The notes under the pieces: model-generated
What the model saw: only the letters and a program-made list of their open reading frames with translations
What the model was told of the DNA's origin: nothing
The model's database searches: none
Position numbers and translations under genes: made by a program
Shown here: piece by piece, positions 10,954 to 19,775 of the stretch
Layout: each line of letters opens with the position of its first letter
Position numbering within the stretch: the stretch's first letter is position 1
NCBI GenBank assembly: GCA_044229975.1
Contig: JBGARZ010000025.1
Location: 32,001-96,000, forward strand
Direction of reading: 5' to 3'
Length of the DNA: 64,000 nt
From: Polyangiales bacterium
GTDB taxonomy: Bacteria > Myxococcota_A > Polyangia > Polyangiales > Ga0077539

Positions 10954-12140
10954 GCGGCACCTCTGACGACGAGGACGGTCAGCGCCCCGGCCGCGATGAA
11001 AGTGAGGGTGGCCGCGAGCGAGCGCGCCGAGAGCCGCGACAGGCCGCAGACGCCATGGCCCGAGGTGCAGCCGTTGGACAGGCGGGTGCCGACGCCGACG
11101 AGGAGGCCCGCTGCGATCGCAGTGCCGGTGCCGACGCTCGCGCCTGTAAAGGACCCAGGGAGGGCGACGAGGGCCGCGGCGCCGCCCAGGAGCAGCCCGG
11201 CGACGAAGAGGGCGCGCCAGGCGACGTCGCCGACCGTGGGATGCACGACGCCGCCGACGATGCCAGAGACGCCCAGGACGCGACCGTTGAAGGCGAGCAG
11301 CAGCGAGGCGCTGGCGCCGATGAGCGCGCCACCGGCGAGGGCGCGAATCCAATCCGGTTGGAGCAGGGACAAGAGGTCTCTCCCGAGAGGCATGGTGTTG
11401 ATCTGACGGCCGAGGGTGAACAGCGCGACGAGCATCACGAACGCGCCGAAGCCGGTGCGCAGCGCTGCGGGAGACACGCGCCGGGCGAGGCGCGTCCCGA
11501 CGAGGCTCCCGATGACGGATGCGGCGGTGACGGCGGCGAGGAGAGCCCACGGGAGGGCCGCCTCGCTCGCGTGCCCGGCGAAGCCCGCGAAGGATTGCAG
11601 GGCGATGATGAAGAGCGAGGTCGCGACGGCCGACTCCATGGTGAGCCCGCCGAGCAGCGCCAGCGCCGGGACGATGACGAAGCCGCCGCCGGCGCCCACG
11701 AGGCCCGAGACTAGACCCACGACGGCGCCGAGCGCGAGCATGCGACCCGTGCGAGGGGCGGCATTGGAGGGACACGCAAGCACGCTGCGGCGGGGCGTCA
11801 TCATGGCCACCGCGGTGACGACCATCAGCGTCGTGAACCCCAGCAGGAGCATCGTCGCGGGCACCAGCCGCGCGAGTCGTCCGCCGAGGAAGGCGCCGAC
11901 CATCCCCGCACCACCGAAGAGGGCGCCGACGCGCCAGCGCACGAGTCCGGCGCGCGCCCTGGGGACGAGCGCCGCGACGCTGGTTGCGCCGACGACGAAG
12001 AGCGATGAGGCGATGGCGCGGCGGGGTTCGAGGCCCGCGGCGTAGACGAGCACCGGCACCGCGAGGATGGATCCGCCGCCGCCCAGCAGGCCCAGTGAGA
12101 TCCCGATGAGCACCGCGAGCGCGACGGTGAATGCCATCAC
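10950..12140 (-). CDS. TauE/SafE sulfite exporter fused to a YeeE/YedE domain
   Basis: GLLGGGGSILAVP and GLVGAGGGFVIVP (TauE repeats), then NGRVLGVSG and GCTSGHGVCGLSRLS (YeeE) in one frame. Confidence 0.85.
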   Translation of the reverse strand: MMAFTVALAVLIGISLGLLGGGGSILAVPVLVYAAGLEPRRAIASSLFVVGATSVAALVPRARAGLVRWRVGALFGGAGMVGAFLGGRLARLVPATMLLLGFTTLMVVTAVAMMTPRRSVLACPSNAAPRTGRMLALGAVVGLVSGLVGAGGGFVIVPALALLGGLTMESAVATSLFIIALQSFAGFAGHASEAALPWALLAAVTAASVIGSLVGTRLARRVSPAALRTGFGAFVMLVALFTLGRQINTMPLGRDLLSLLQPDWIRALAGGALIGASASLLLAFNGRVLGVSGIVGGVVHPTVGDVAWRALFVAGLLLGGAAALVALPGSFTGASVGTGTAIAAGLLVGVGTRLSNGCTSGHGVCGLSRLSARSLAATLTFIAAGALTVLVVRGAA

Positions 12141-12144
12141 GCCG

Positions 12145-12507
12145 CTACCGCGCCGTCCGTGCGACGGGGAGGCCCGCGGCGTTGTAGGCGATCATCCCGC
12201 CTTCGAGGTTGATCACACGCTGGAATCCCACGCGCACGAGGGCGGAGGCCGCACGCCCCGACCGCGCGCCCGAGCGGCACACCATCACGAGGGTCGCGTC
12301 GCGGTCCCAGCCCGCTGCGGCCGCTTCGACGGTGCCCAACGGCACCAACTCGGCGCCCGGCGCGTGTCCGAGCTCAGCGTTGAACTCGTTCGGCTCGCGC
12401 ACGTCGATCAGGCGCACGCCTCGTGCTGCGGGGCCCACCTCGGACGGGGCGATGGACCGGTAGCCATCCGGGTGGGGCCGGGCGCGGCTGAACATATCAG
12501 GCTCCAT
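12145..12507 (-). CDS. Single-domain rhodanese (sulfurtransferase)
   Basis: LIDVREPNEF, GHAPGA, active site CRSGARS, NLEGGM; AAGGAG RBS. Confidence 0.9.
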   Translation of the reverse strand: MEPDMFSRARPHPDGYRSIAPSEVGPAARGVRLIDVREPNEFNAELGHAPGAELVPLGTVEAAAAGWDRDATLVMVCRSGARSGRAASALVRVGFQRVINLEGGMIAYNAAGLPVARTAR

Positions 12508-12560
12508 GGTGACACTTCTCCTTCGGGGTGAGGTGGCGGGCCGGTAGTCAGTGCAGTGCG

Positions 12561-13274
12561 TCAGCTCGGCACTCCGTGCGCGGGCATCGGGCGCCGGACT
12601 TCGCCGCATGCCTGGTTGGCTGGCACGGCCTCCTGGATCTTCCGCGGTGCGGGCAGCTTGAGCGCTCCCATGATCTGGACGAACTCCTCGCGGCTCTTGC
12701 CAGCGAGGCGCGGGTTGAAGCGCTTCTCCTCGCCGAGGGTCGTCACCGAGTGGCCTCGGTAGTCGTGGCCCGGATACACCAGCGTCTCGTCGGGCAGCGC
12801 GAAGAGCACCTGCGTGAGGGAGTCGTAGAGGGTGCCCGCGTCGCCGTTCTGGAAGTCGGTGCGACCGTTGCCGCGGACGAGCATCGCGTCGCCGGTGAAC
12901 ACCCGGTCGCCCACGAGGTAGCTGACGCTGTCGTCGGTGTGCCCCGGCGTCGCCAGCACCCGTACCTCGATGGCGCCGACGCGCAGCACGTCGCCGTGCG
13001 TGACGTGCCGGTCCGCGCAGGGCGCGCCGACGCCGCCAATGACGGTCTGCACGCCCAAGCGCTCGCGGAGGGTACCCGCTGCGGTGACATGGTCGGCGTG
13101 GACGTGGGTGTCGAGAACGTAGACGAGTCGCAGGCCGAGCTCGCTGACGAGCGTGGAGTCGCGCTCGATCTGCTCGCGGACGGGGTCGATGAGCAGCGCC
13201 TCGCCGCTCACCGGGTCAGCGAGGAGGTACGTGTACGTCGAGCTCTCGGCATCGAACAGTTGGCGGAAGATCAT
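12561..13274 (-). CDS. Persulfide dioxygenase (ETHE1-like MBL-fold)
   Basis: MIFRQLFD, THVHADH, TPGHT, GRTDFQNG, YPGHDY, EKRFNPRL, VPANQACG. Confidence 0.88.
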   Translation of the reverse strand: MIFRQLFDAESSTYTYLLADPVSGEALLIDPVREQIERDSTLVSELGLRLVYVLDTHVHADHVTAAGTLRERLGVQTVIGGVGAPCADRHVTHGDVLRVGAIEVRVLATPGHTDDSVSYLVGDRVFTGDAMLVRGNGRTDFQNGDAGTLYDSLTQVLFALPDETLVYPGHDYRGHSVTTLGEEKRFNPRLAGKSREEFVQIMGALKLPAPRKIQEAVPANQACGEVRRPMPAHGVPS

Positions 13275-13302
13275 CGGCGTTTCACCTCTCGGGGTGGAAC
13301 GT

Positions 13303-13319
13303 TGCGAGGCTCGTGCCGA
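13303..13319 (-). promoter_or_regulatory. Putative sigma54 promoter of the sulfur operon
   Basis: Minus strand TCGG-CACGAGCCTC-GCA. Confidence 0.65.
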
Positions 13320-13550
13320 GGCTAAGAACTAAGGCCGTGTGGCTGGCAAGTCCGCCGCTTTCAGCGTGATGTGTCGATGCGTGCGGCGGAGGACGGAGGC
13401 GCGTTGCCGAGAGCGGTGAAGCATTACGAAACGCTGGATGAAACATCGTTGGGGCGCCGCAACGGCTCGCGGAAGTAGTTGAGCGCCGCACTGCGCCAGG
13501 ACTGTGTGCGGGCGTGCGGTGTCCGCATCGTGTCGGCGGGGGGTGAGGCG

Positions 13551-13567
13551 GTGGCACGCCGGACGCA
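13551..13567 (+). promoter_or_regulatory. Putative sigma54 promoter of the DUF302 operon
   Basis: GTGG-CACGCCGGAC-GCA (GG 13553-54, GC 13565-66). Confidence 0.68.
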
Positions 13568-13620
13568 GTGCTCCTCAGCGTCGGCCGCCACCCGCGGTCG
13601 CACCGAACGGAGACTGCAAC

Positions 13621-14025
13621 ATGATGGACTTGAACGTTCCCTATGGGATCGCGCGTCGCCTCGCGGGTGTGTCGCTGGACGAGGCGCGCACCCGCGTCGT
13701 CGAGGCACTCAAGCGGGAGGGCTTCGGTGTGCTCACCGAGATCGACTTGCAGGCGACGCTCAAGAAGAAGCTCGACCTCGACACCGCGCCCTACGTCATC
13801 CTCGGCGCCTGCAACCCGCAACTCGCGCATCGCGCCCTCGAACTGGAGCCCGCCATCGGGCTGCTGCTCCCGTGCAACGTCGTCGTCGCTCAGGATGGCG
13901 GAGACACCGTCATCGCGGCAGCCTCGCCCGCGGCGCTGTTCTCCGTGGTCGAGCAGAAGGAGGCCCTCTCCGTCATCGCGGGCGACGCCGAGGCTCGCCT
14001 GCGCCGCGCGATCGAGACGGCCTGA
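13621..14025 (+). CDS. DUF302 domain protein
   Basis: GFGVLTEID.QATLKKKL, ILGACNP.LA, IGLLLPCNVVV. Confidence 0.9.
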   Translation: MMDLNVPYGIARRLAGVSLDEARTRVVEALKREGFGVLTEIDLQATLKKKLDLDTAPYVILGACNPQLAHRALELEPAIGLLLPCNVVVAQDGGDTVIAAASPAALFSVVEQKEALSVIAGDAEARLRRAIETA

Positions 14026-14027
14026 AC

Positions 14028-14207
14028 ATGTGCCAGCGAGTGACGTGTCCGAGGTGCAACAAGGCAACGTTCGCGGGGTGTGGGAGGCACGTCGAGCGGG
14101 TGCTCCATGGGGTCCCGAAGGAGCAGCGCTGCGCGTGCAACGAGCAGGCGGCAGCGCCATCGGGTGAGCCCCCACCGAAGCGCAAAGGCTGGTGGCCCTT
14201 CGGGTGA
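14028..14207 (+). CDS. Small Cys/His-rich protein, 59 aa
   Basis: MCQRVTCPRCNKATFAGCGRHVERVL...RCAC; starts 2 nt after the DUF302 stop. Confidence 0.75.
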   Translation: MCQRVTCPRCNKATFAGCGRHVERVLHGVPKEQRCACNEQAAAPSGEPPPKRKGWWPFG

Positions 14208-14259
14208 GGTCGCTCGCTCGGAGTCGCGCGCGACTCCATGCCGACTCACCATCAACGCG

Positions 14260-14847
14260 TCACGACAGTGGTCGGCACCCGCCCTGGGGCGAACCCCTCG
14301 GTTTCGGCACGCAGTCCATCACGCGTCCGCGTGGGTCGAGCGCGATCTCGCAGCAGGCCAGGAACATGTCTCGGAGTCGTTCGCGCCCCCGCTGCACGCG
14401 CGACTTCATCGCCGACGCGGAGGCGCCGACGAGGAGGGCAGCCTCCTTCTGGCTGAGCCCCTCCAACTCGGTGAGGGTGATCGCTTCGCGGTAGGGCGAG
14501 GGGAGGCGAGCGACGAAGGGGGCGATGCACCGGCAGACCTCAGCCTCGGCGTCCCCCTCGTCCGCCGTAGCTGTCTGCTCGTCGACAGGTTCGGGGGCCG
14601 CCGGGCCGCGCGGTAGGGCGTGCCGCGCGGCCACGCGGTGATGGTCGATGATCACGCTGCGCGCCACCTGGTAGACCCACGGCCCGAAGCGCTCAGCGTC
14701 TCGGAGATGGACCAGGTTCGTCTGGACGCGCAGGAAGACCTCCTGGAGGACGTCGTCCACGTCGGCGGGCGCGACGCGACGCGCGACGAAGGGCCGCAGC
14801 CTCGCCGTCAGCTCAGCCCACACGCCGCACGCGCCCGCCTCGATCAC
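14260..14847 (-). CDS. ECF sigma factor, SigZ-like, with Cys-rich C-terminus
   Basis: DDVLQEVFL, WVYQVARSVIID, SAMKSRVQRGR, tail LACCEIALDPRGRVMDC...GC. Confidence 0.88.
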   Translation of the reverse strand: MIEAGACGVWAELTARLRPFVARRVAPADVDDVLQEVFLRVQTNLVHLRDAERFGPWVYQVARSVIIDHHRVAARHALPRGPAAPEPVDEQTATADEGDAEAEVCRCIAPFVARLPSPYREAITLTELEGLSQKEAALLVGASASAMKSRVQRGRERLRDMFLACCEIALDPRGRVMDCVPKPRGSPQGGCRPLS

Positions 14848-15674
14848 GCCGCGTCCTTCCCGCCACCGGCGCAGCAGCCCGGCGCGCAGCAGGCCCCCGC
14901 GCGGGGCCGCACGGCCTCGATCGTCGCGGAGGCGATGAAGTCCTCGGCCCCAGTGCCCGGGAACCAGTTGCGGATGAAGTCCCGACTCTCCGGGCGGACC
15001 TGCACGCGTACCTCGGTGAAGCCGGCCGCGCGCAGCATCGCCGCGACGTCGTCTGCCGCGGCCGCCCCCGCGACGCAGCCTGCGTGGAGCGCGAGGTTCT
15101 CGCGCAGGGCGTCCGGCACCAGCGCGGTCGCCACCACGTCGGCGATCGCAAGCCGACCGCCCGGCTTGAGCACACGCGCGGCCTCGCGGAAGACAGCCGC
15201 CTTGTCCGGCGAGAGGTTGATCACGCAGTTGGAGAGGATCACATCGACCGCGCCGTCGGCCACCGGCAGGCGCTCGATCTCGCCCAGGCGGAACTCCACG
15301 TTCGATGCTCCGACCTTCGCACCGTTGGCCCGCGCCTTCGCGATCATCTCCGAGGTCATGTCTACGCCGATGACCCGCCCGCCGGGGCCCACCTGCTTCG
15401 CCGCGAGGAAGCAGTCAAAGCCGCCGCCGCTCCCGAGGTCGAGCACCGTCTCCCCGGGGCGCAAGGCGGCGATCGCCTGCGGGTTGCCGCAGCCGAGGCC
15501 GAGGTTGGCGCCCTCGGGGGCCGCGGCAAGCTCGTCGGCGCCGTAGCCCAGGGCCAGGGACGCCTCGGGCGAGGGGCCGCACCCGGTCCCGCAGCAGCCC
15601 GCTCCTCCGCACGCCACCTGGGCGTAGTGGTCCCGCACCCCGCCTCGAATCTCGTCAGCCGTTCGCTCGTTCAT
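14844..15674 (-). CDS. arsM: Arsenite S-adenosylmethionine methyltransferase
   Basis: N-terminal CC, LGLGCGNP, VLDLGSGGGFDC, ILSNCVINLSPDK, GCVAGA, C-terminal CCxxxCC; GGAGG RBS. Confidence 0.92.
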   Translation of the reverse strand: MNERTADEIRGGVRDHYAQVACGGAGCCGTGCGPSPEASLALGYGADELAAAPEGANLGLGCGNPQAIAALRPGETVLDLGSGGGFDCFLAAKQVGPGGRVIGVDMTSEMIAKARANGAKVGASNVEFRLGEIERLPVADGAVDVILSNCVINLSPDKAAVFREAARVLKPGGRLAIADVVATALVPDALRENLALHAGCVAGAAAADDVAAMLRAAGFTEVRVQVRPESRDFIRNWFPGTGAEDFIASATIEAVRPRAGACCAPGCCAGGGKDAA

Positions 15675-15731
15675 CGTCGTCCTCCGCCCGTCGCCGGGGT
15701 GACGGTGGCACTGCGCCATCGTCAGCCTCGA

Positions 15732-15758
15732 AGACGACGACCCGCGAAGAAGGACGCA
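15732..15758 (-). promoter_or_regulatory. Putative ECF promoter upstream of arsM-sigZ
   Basis: Minus strand TGCGTC-N16-CGTCT; CGTC is a common ECF -10 element. Confidence 0.45.
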
Positions 15759-15794
15759 GGGAATCGACGGGGCACCGTCGGCCGCGCGTAGCGT

Positions 15795-16442
15795 TCAGCG
15801 CGTTGATCGGATCGCGGACTCCACCTGCACCTGGAAGGCACGCGGTTCGAGCTCGGGCGCGCCTCCAGGCGGGATCTGGTGGAGCTGGTGCATCCAAAAG
15901 CTGGGGGTGGGGATCGTCGCATCCCATCGCGTGCTGCGCTGGTAGACGAGATAGACGTCCCAGGCGATGCCGTGGGTGCGCCCCGGCTCGAAACGGGACG
16001 GAGGGATCGCCAGAACCTGCCCGAGGGTCAGGCCGAACGCGTTCGTTCGATCCCAATAGTGCTGCACATGAGGGTCGTGGAAACGCGACGCCGATGCGCG
16101 GGCGGCAGCCTCGTTGTCCTCGTCGAGCACCGGCAGCCAGACCACGTAGGCGCGCAGGTCCGACGCGCTGACCCGGCCCATCACGTCGTTGAGGACCACG
16201 GTGGCGCCGCGGATACAGTTCCCACAGGTTGGGGAGACCACGAGGAGGAGACGCGGATGTCCGGAATCTCGCGCGAAGTCAGCGCGCAGTGCCTCGTAGT
16301 TTTGGTCGAGCACGGTGACGCGAGTGCCGGTCGGCGTGGCGCCCGTCCGTCGGCACCCCGCTCCGTCGAGCGTGAGGAGGACGACGAAGAGCGTCCCAAC
16401 GAATCGGACGAAGCCAGCCCCCCAACGCGCGTGTCGTCGCAT
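15795..16442 (-). CDS. Exported thioredoxin-like CxxC protein (possible lipoprotein)
   Basis: Signal-like N-terminus ending GAGC; RLLLVVSPTCGNC, VVWLP, IAWDVY, WMHQL. Confidence 0.65.
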   Translation of the reverse strand: MRRHARWGAGFVRFVGTLFVVLLTLDGAGCRRTGATPTGTRVTVLDQNYEALRADFARDSGHPRLLLVVSPTCGNCIRGATVVLNDVMGRVSASDLRAYVVWLPVLDEDNEAAARASASRFHDPHVQHYWDRTNAFGLTLGQVLAIPPSRFEPGRTHGIAWDVYLVYQRSTRWDATIPTPSFWMHQLHQIPPGGAPELEPRAFQVQVESAIRSTR

Positions 16443-16510
16443 CCGACCGTCCTGCACGAGCCGTCCATATCCGCCCCTCCTCACTGTGGGCAAGTCGCCG
16501 TCGAGCGTTC

Positions 16511-16545
16511 TTGACGCCTGCCATTGATTGCAACATACAAGCATT
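16511..16545 (+). promoter_or_regulatory. Sigma70-type promoter overlapped by an AT-rich imperfect palindrome (probable MarR operator)
   Basis: TTGACG 16511-16, 17-nt spacer, CATACA 16534-39; ATTGATTGCAACATACAAGCAT. Confidence 0.55.
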
Positions 16546-17016
16546 GTGACAGCCGCCCGCTTCGCTGCCCTCGCGAGCCGAGTCGCCCGCGGCATCTCTC
16601 GCTTGGAGCGCGACGAGATCTGCTGCGGCGACCTGACCCTCCAGCAGTTCGAGACGCTCCGGGCGCTGCGCGCCACGGGCCCGCTCACGCTCGGCGCCGC
16701 AGCGAAGGCGCTCGGTATCGACCTCTCAACCGCGAGCCGGAACCTCGCCCTGCTGGTGAAGGGCGCCTACCTCACGCGTCGGCGCGGCAAGGAGGACGCC
16801 CGCCAGGTGACCTTCGCGCTCTCGAAGAAAGGCACCGCGCGACTGGACTCGCTCTGCTGCGACGAGCGGCTCGTGTTCGCGGCCGTCCTCGCGCGCCTGC
16901 CGACTGGCCAGCGCACCGCCGTCGAAGAGGCGCTTGAACTGCTCGCCGCCGCGCTCGCCGAGGAGAGTCCCCGTGAAACGTCCACCTGCTGCGCCCCGGG
17001 CACGAGCTGCGAGTGA
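16546..17016 (+). CDS. MarR-family regulator with three vicinal Cys pairs, leading the ars operon
   Basis: EICCGDLTLQQF, wHTH GIDLSTASRNL, EDARQV, LCCDE, TCCAP; start GTG 16546 or TTG 16528. Confidence 0.82.
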   Translation: MTAARFAALASRVARGISRLERDEICCGDLTLQQFETLRALRATGPLTLGAAAKALGIDLSTASRNLALLVKGAYLTRRRGKEDARQVTFALSKKGTARLDSLCCDERLVFAAVLARLPTGQRTAVEEALELLAAALAEESPRETSTCCAPGTSCE

Positions 17017-17765
17017 GCGACACGCCCAAACCCGGACTGCCCACACCCGCCCGACGGTTCGTTGCCGAGGCGCTCGGCACCGCGATGCTCCTGGCTACTG
17101 TGGTCGGCTCGGGCATCATGGCCGAGCGGCTCGCGGGCGGTAATGTCGCCATCGCCCTCCTCGCCAACACGGTTGCGACGGGCGCTGGCCTCGTCGCCCT
17201 GATCCTCACCTTCGGGTCCGTCTCGGGCGCGCACTTCAACCCTGCCGTCACGCTCGCAGATGCCTCGCAGGGTGGCCTCCCGTGGCGTCTCGTTCCTGGC
17301 TACGTCGCTGCGCAGGTAATGGGCGCCTTCGTCGGCGTGGCGGCCGCGCACGGCATGTTCGACCTCCCGGTCTTTGCAGCCTCGACCCACGTCCGCGCGG
17401 GGGGCTCCCAGATCTGGAGCGAGTTCGTCGCGACGTTCGGGTTGCTCGCCGTGATCTGGGGTTGCGCGCGCCAGCGTCCGTCGGCTGTTCCCTTCGCCGT
17501 CGCGGCCTACGTGACAGCCGCGTACTGGTTCACTGCTTCTACCTCGTTCGCCAACCCCGCGGTGACGCTGGCGCGCGCCGCGACGGACACCTTCGCAGGC
17601 ATTCGACCCGCCGACGCGCCGGGCTTTGTCGTGGCGCAGCTCCTCGGCGCCGGAGCCGCCACCGCGCTCTTTCGCTGGCTCGTTCCGGCGCTCCCCGAGG
17701 TCGCACCGCGCATCGTCGTCGAGCACGGCGAACCGTCGGCGACCCGCCACAAGGACTCTCCATGA
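17013..17765 (+). CDS. MIP/aquaporin family channel (AqpS-like, arsenic context)
   Basis: SGAHFNPAVT and TSFANPAVT NPA motifs. Confidence 0.9.
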   Translation: MSDTPKPGLPTPARRFVAEALGTAMLLATVVGSGIMAERLAGGNVAIALLANTVATGAGLVALILTFGSVSGAHFNPAVTLADASQGGLPWRLVPGYVAAQVMGAFVGVAAAHGMFDLPVFAASTHVRAGGSQIWSEFVATFGLLAVIWGCARQRPSAVPFAVAAYVTAAYWFTASTSFANPAVTLARAATDTFAGIRPADAPGFVVAQLLGAGAATALFRWLVPALPEVAPRIVVEHGEPSATRHKDSP

Positions 17766-18202
17766 AGACCGTCATCTTTGCCTGCGTCCACAACGCCGGC
17801 CGCTCGCAAATGGCCGCCGCGTTCTTCAACGCGCTCGCCGACGCCTCGAAGGCGCGCGCCCTCTCGGCAGGCACTACGCCTGGCGAGCGGGTCCACCCAG
17901 AGGTCCTCGATGCCATGCGCGAGGTGGGGATCGACCTCGCCGGGGCCCGGCCCCAGCGCCTGACCGACGAGCTCGCCCGGGACGCTCAGATGCTCATCAC
18001 GATGGGCTGCGGCGACGCCTGCCCCGTTGTCCCCGGGCTCCGGCGCGACGACTGGCCACTGGAGGACCCGAAGGGCAAGCCAGTGGAGCGCGTGCGCGAG
18101 ATCCGCGACGAGGTGAAGTCGCGCGTGGAGACGCTGCTGCGCGCCGAAGGCTGGCAGCAAGAAGGGGTTGAGGTCGGGTCGGGCGGAGGGATCTCGGAAT
18201 GA
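17762..18202 (+). CDS. arsC: Arsenate reductase, LMW-PTP fold
   Basis: [28 protein letters not shown]. Confidence 0.92.
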   Translation: MKTVIFACVHNAGRSQMAAAFFNALADASKARALSAGTTPGERVHPEVLDAMREVGIDLAGARPQRLTDELARDAQMLITMGCGDACPVVPGLRRDDWPLEDPKGKPVERVREIRDEVKSRVETLLRAEGWQQEGVEVGSGGGISE

Positions 18203-18954
18203 GTGACTTGCCCAACCTGTCCGAGGCTCACTTCGACCTGCCCGACCTCGCCCGCCTAGAGCCGGCCGAGCGAGCGACCCACCCGCCGCGTATCTTGTTG
18301 CTCTACGGCTCGTGTCGCGAACGCTCGTACAGCCGCTTGCTCACGCAGGAGGCCGCGCGGCTACTCGACCGCCTGGGTGCTGAGACGCGCATCTATGACC
18401 CGCGCGGGCTACCGCTCCCCGATAGCGTGCCTGCCACCCACGAGAAGGTCGTCGAGCTGCGCGAGCTGTCGCTGTGGTCGGAGGGGCAGGTGTGGTGCAG
18501 CCCCGAGCGCCATGGCGCGATGACCGGCGTATTCAAGTCCCAGATCGACTGGCTGCCGTTGGAGATGGGGAGTCTGCGTCCGACGCAGGGCCGCACGCTC
18601 GCGGTGATGCAGGTGTCGGGCGGGTCGCAATCCTTCAACGCGGTCAACGCGCTGCGGGTGCTGGGGCGCTGGATGCGGATGGTGACGATCCCCAACCAGT
18701 CGTCGGTGGCCAAGGCGTTCCAGGAGTTCGACGAGTCGGGCCGGATGAAGCCGTCGGCGTACTACGACCGTGTCGTCGATGTGATGGAGGAGCTGTTCAA
18801 GTTCACGCTGCTGGTGCGCGACCGCGCGGACTACCTCGTGAGCCGTTACAGCGAGCGCAAGGAGGCCACTGCGAAGAGCGAGGCCGCGCGCCTGGCAGCG
18901 GTCGCGATGGCGCACGAGGCACCCGCGGGAGGCGCAACCGGTCGATCGACCTGA
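18199..18954 (+). CDS. arsH: Arsenical resistance flavoprotein ArsH
   Basis: [49 protein letters not shown]. Confidence 0.95.
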   Translation: MSDLPNLSEAHFDLPDLARLEPAERATHPPRILLLYGSCRERSYSRLLTQEAARLLDRLGAETRIYDPRGLPLPDSVPATHEKVVELRELSLWSEGQVWCSPERHGAMTGVFKSQIDWLPLEMGSLRPTQGRTLAVMQVSGGSQSFNAVNALRVLGRWMRMVTIPNQSSVAKAFQEFDESGRMKPSAYYDRVVDVMEELFKFTLLVRDRADYLVSRYSERKEATAKSEAARLAAVAMAHEAPAGGATGRST

Positions 18955-18973
18955 TGGTGGTCTCGCTGGGTCG

Positions 18974-19309
18974 TCAGGGCGCCCTACGAGGGCCGAGGAC
19001 GATGATCGCCATCCCGCCGACCGTCACGACGAGCCCGAGCAAGTCCCAGCGCGTCGGGCGTTGGCCCTCGACCAGCCAGAGCCAGAGCACCGCCACGGCG
19101 ACGTAGACGCCCCCGTACGCCGCGTACGTGCGGGCGGCGCCCGTCGGGTGGAGCGTCAGGAGCCAGGAGAACACCGCGAGGCTCAGCGCCGCGGGGACCA
19201 GCCACCACGCGGATCGGCCCTGCCGCAGCCAGAGGTACGGGAGGTAGCAGCCGAGGATCTCGGCCACCGCCGTGACGGCGAACAGCCCGGTCGTTCGCAG
19301 GAGGTTCAA
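18974..19309 (-). CDS. YnfA/UPF0060 small multidrug-type membrane protein
   Basis: [29 protein letters not shown] start overlaps the MerR stop. Confidence 0.85.
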   Translation of the reverse strand: MNLLRTTGLFAVTAVAEILGCYLPYLWLRQGRSAWWLVPAALSLAVFSWLLTLHPTGAARTYAAYGGVYVAVAVLWLWLVEGQRPTRWDLLGLVVTVGGMAIIVLGPRRAP

Positions 19310-19704
19310 GTGCGACCTGCACGCAGGCGTCGCGGCGCCGCGGAGAGCACCTGGCATGCGCCTGCGTCGCAGCGTTCCAGGGTCTGGGTCAGTCGGCGAC
19401 GCACCGCGCGCAGCTCGCGGAGCTGGGCGTCCACCCGCGCGAGCGTCTCCTCGAAGCGGCCCCGCTCGCTGGCGCAGCTCGCGTCGCCCGCGTCCGCCGC
19501 GTGCAGGAGTGCGACGACATCGTCGAGGGTGAGGCCGAGCGCCTGGAGGCTCTTCACGAACGCGATCCGCGCGACGTCCGCCGCGCCGAACGTGCGGTAC
19601 CCCGACGACGTCCGCGGCGCGTGCCCGAGGACGCCGCGCCGCTCGTAGAAGCGCACGGTGTCCACGCTGACGTTCGCTTCCTGCGCGAGTTGTCCGATCT
19701 TCAT
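19306..19704 (-). CDS. MerR-family regulator
   Basis: [29 protein letters not shown]; Cys in SCAS and CxxxxC. Confidence 0.92.
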   Translation of the reverse strand: MKIGQLAQEANVSVDTVRFYERRGVLGHAPRTSSGYRTFGAADVARIAFVKSLQALGLTLDDVVALLHAADAGDASCASERGRFEETLARVDAQLRELRAVRRRLTQTLERCDAGACQVLSAAPRRLRAGRT

Positions 19705-19733
19705 CGCTGTCTCCGAGGGGTGGGGACCAGAGT

Positions 19734-19765
19734 TTGACCCTGGAGTGGGCTCCAGGGTCCAGCCT
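19734..19765 (+). promoter_or_regulatory. MerR-type long-spacer promoter with operator palindrome
   Basis: TTGACC -35; perfect GACCCTGGAG-TGGG-CTCCAGGGTC (19736-19759); CAGCCT -10 at 20-nt spacing. Confidence 0.8.
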
Positions 19766-19775
19766 CGTAGGCGAG

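Noticed and set aside
10483..11775. 430-aa ORF upstream extension of the YeeE partner gene
   Set aside because: Arg-rich alternate frame over the TauE-YeeE gene; the real start is GTG 10953
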